Below are positions 62,034 to 64,000 of a stretch of 64,000 nt of DNA, piece after piece (position 1 is the stretch's first letter; each line of letters begins with the position of its first letter). Origin of the DNA: an uncultured Pseudomonadota bacterium (GTDB taxonomy: Bacteria > Pseudomonadota > Gammaproteobacteria > Steroidobacterales > Steroidobacteraceae); contig CAVTQT010000002.1 of assembly GCA_963736955.1 (NCBI GenBank), forward strand, positions 248,302 to 312,301, read 5' to 3'. The notes beneath the pieces are model-generated. The model worked only from the letters and a program-made list of their open reading frames with translations. It was not told where the DNA came from and ran no database searches. The position numbers and the translations under genes are program-made.

Positions 62034-62375
62034 ATGACGAATCAAGTTGAACATCGAAGGGGAAAACGAATGGCGGCCGCCATGTGGGTCCGCCTCAGCC
62101 GCACCGGTGCCGAGCTTGCCATGGCCAAACTCGTCAACGTGAGCATCAGTGGCGCGTTCCTCGAGACATCGCTCCAACTACCTGCCAATGCAGAAATCAC
62201 GCTCGAACCCGTTTCCACGGCCGGCGTCGCCCTCGAAGGCTTGAAGATTGCCGCGCGCGTGGCTCGGGTTGACCAACGCGGCTTGGGAATAGAGTGGCGC
62301 GTCATGGCCACGCCGGAAACCCTCGCTCTCCTCGGGGTGGACGTTCAGCCGCCGGTATCGCACTGGGGATCGTGA
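62034..62375 (+). CDS. PilZ domain protein
   Basis: The RxxxR-type motif is HRRGKR and the (D/N)xSxxG motif is NVSISGAF. Confidence 0.65.
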   Translation: MTNQVEHRRGKRMAAAMWVRLSRTGAELAMAKLVNVSISGAFLETSLQLPANAEITLEPVSTAGVALEGLKIAARVARVDQRGLGIEWRVMATPETLALLGVDVQPPVSHWGS

Positions 62376-62380
62376 GTGCA

Positions 62381-63722
62381 CTATCTACCGACGACGCGCC
62401 AGATGACGTTGCCGACGTCATCCGCCACGAGCAACGCCCCTTTGCCGTCGATGGCGACGCCGACGGGACGTCCCATGGCCTGACCGACATCGTTCACGAA
62501 TCCTGTCAGGACCTCGATCGGCGGGCCCGACGGACGCCCATTGGCGAATGGCACGAACACCACTTTGTAGCCGGACGGCGGATCGCGATTCCAGGAGCCG
62601 TGTTCGCCGATGAACATTCCGTTGGTCAGACTGCTCGGCAGCGCATGTGCCGACTCGCCCGCGTACACAAGCCCGAGCGCGGCGACATGCGCGCCCAGTG
62701 CGTAGTCCGGTGCGACGGCCCGCGCGACCAGGTCCGGCCGCGGCGGATCGACGCGCACGTCGACATGTTGTCCGTAGTAGCTATACGGCCAGCCGTAAAA
62801 GACGCCTTGCTTCACCGACGTGAGGTAGTCAGGCACGAGGTCATTGCCGAGCTCGTCGCGCTCATTGGCGACGGTCCACAGCGCACCGCTCGACGGTTCC
62901 CAGGCCATGCCGTTGGGATTGCGCAAGCCCGTCGCGTAGACACGCTTGGTGCCCGTTTTGAGATCGACTTCCCAGATGGCGGCGCGGCCCTCTTCTTCAG
63001 TCATGCCGTGCTCGGCCACGTTGCTGTTGGATCCCACGGTGGCGTACAGCCGTGTTCCGTCGCGGTGGGCGATGATGTTCTTGGTCCAATGGTGGTTGCG
63101 TTCGCCACCCGGCAGATCGGTGACCGGCACCGGCGCCGCCGCAATGCGCGTGTCTCCGGTGCGATAGGGAAACTTCACGATGCCGTCGGAGTTCGCCACG
63201 TAGAAGTCGGAGCCGACCAGCGCCATGCCGAAGGGGGAGTAAAGATTCTCGACCAGGACGCTGCGCGTCTCGGCAATGCCATCGCCGTCAGCATCGCGCA
63301 GCAGCGTGATGCGATTGGCTGAAGGGTCGCCGGCGCCGGCCTTGCCCCTGCATCTTCTTCATGACTTTCGCTTTGACGCCCTCTTCATCTTTGGGGCGCT
63401 TCGGCGCGTTGGTCTCCGCGACCAGCACGTCCCCATTGGGCAGGACGTACAACCAACGTGGGTGCGCGAGGCCGCTGGCGAACGCGCTGACGGCGAGGCC
63501 ATCGGCGCCTATCGGCGTTCGACCCGATGGCCAACCTATGGCCTCCGCCACCCGCACGGTGGGAATCAGTTTCTCGCCTTCGGGCTGAGGCAGCGTGGGA
63601 TTCGGCCCGACTGTCGAGACAGGAGAAATCTCGGGGCCGCGTTTCGCGCTGGTGTCGACACAACCGCAATTGGCGAACACAGCTACGCCGGCCAGTATCC
63701 CTATGGCACCGCGAATGTTCAT
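62381..63722 (-). pseudogene. PQQ-dependent sugar dehydrogenase lipoprotein (second copy), one frame disruption near 63345
   Basis: The lipobox-like N-terminus is MNIRGAIGILAGVAVFANCGC. …[12 protein letters not shown]… is readable upstream of the 62381-63226 ORF in its frame. Family motifs are [10 protein letters not shown] and FYGWPY. Confidence 0.8.
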
Positions 63723-63849
63723 AAATGCCACTCCTTGCGGCAGCAGACTAAGGGACGGCATGGCACGCGCGTCAGGAGCGAACCGAACAGATACACGTAG
63801 GAAAACGCCGCCGCGGGTACTATCCACACCAAACACCGAGGCCAAACGC

Positions 63850-64000
63850 ATGGTCCGAACCATTCTTATATATGGCGCTTTGCTAGCCGCCGGCGCCTTC
63901 GGCCTGCAGTGGCTGGAGTTTCAGTTCGTCGTGCGCACGCACACGACCGAAACCTACCTCGTGCTCATCGCCATCGCCTTCATGGGGTTGGGGGTCTGGG
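63850..64000 (+). CDS. N-terminus of a membrane protein (3' end outside the window)
   Basis: ATG 63850 opens MVRTILIYGALLAAGAFGLQWLEFQFVVRTHTTETYLVLIAIAFMGLGVW, which has two hydrophobic segments. This pattern resembles the membrane-anchored N-termini of some LuxR-type regulators, but that is only a recollection. Confidence 0.3.
   Translation, partial: MVRTILIYGALLAAGAFGLQWLEFQFVVRTHTTETYLVLIAIAFMGLGVW

Overview
This is a GC-rich chromosomal segment of Gram-negative, proteobacterial type. It holds about 60 protein-coding genes. I saw no rRNA, tRNA, CRISPR array, transposase or phage module by eye. The content is mostly envelope, sensing and housekeeping. It includes three paralogous PAS hybrid histidine kinases and two LytS-type kinase/LytTR regulator pairs. 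One ECF sigma/anti-sigma pair is also present. Several outer-membrane and secreted proteins are encoded: MltB, a trypsin-like protease, two PQQ-type sugar dehydrogenases and an OmpA chimera. Central metabolism is represented by tal-pgm, sdaA and cysteine synthase, and there is a stand-alone divergent EF-G.

Four things stand out:
1. At 30986-33035, a signal-peptide-bearing Pro/Gly/Asp/His-rich protein ends in about 13 tandem GPKD(H/P) pentapeptide repeats. Its gene is translationally coupled (TGATG overlap) to a TPR + beta-barrel outer-membrane protein whose architecture recalls Slam/DUF560 (type XI secretion).
2. At 23066-26425, a periplasmic TPR protein with a C-terminal CxxCH heme motif is coupled to a multi-pass LytS-type kinase and a LytTR regulator.
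3. At 28434-30887, a PrnB/DUF1864-like (TDO/IDO superfamily) gene sits head-to-head with a kynureninase-like PLP enzyme gene.
4. A family of REP/MITE-like palindromes built on GGAAA(T/C)GGGG...CCCCG(T/A)TTCC occurs at five or more intergenic sites.

There is a major caveat. About 40 apparent single-nucleotide frame disruptions hit about 22 otherwise well-conserved genes. They are strongly clustered: none between about 3.1 and 22.3 kb, many in 26.5-35 kb and 47.8-63.7 kb. The window is therefore either an indel-prone assembly or a heavily pseudogenised region. All reconstructed gene models across frameshifts are inferences from reading the three frames. Hand-derived coordinates may be off by a few nt.
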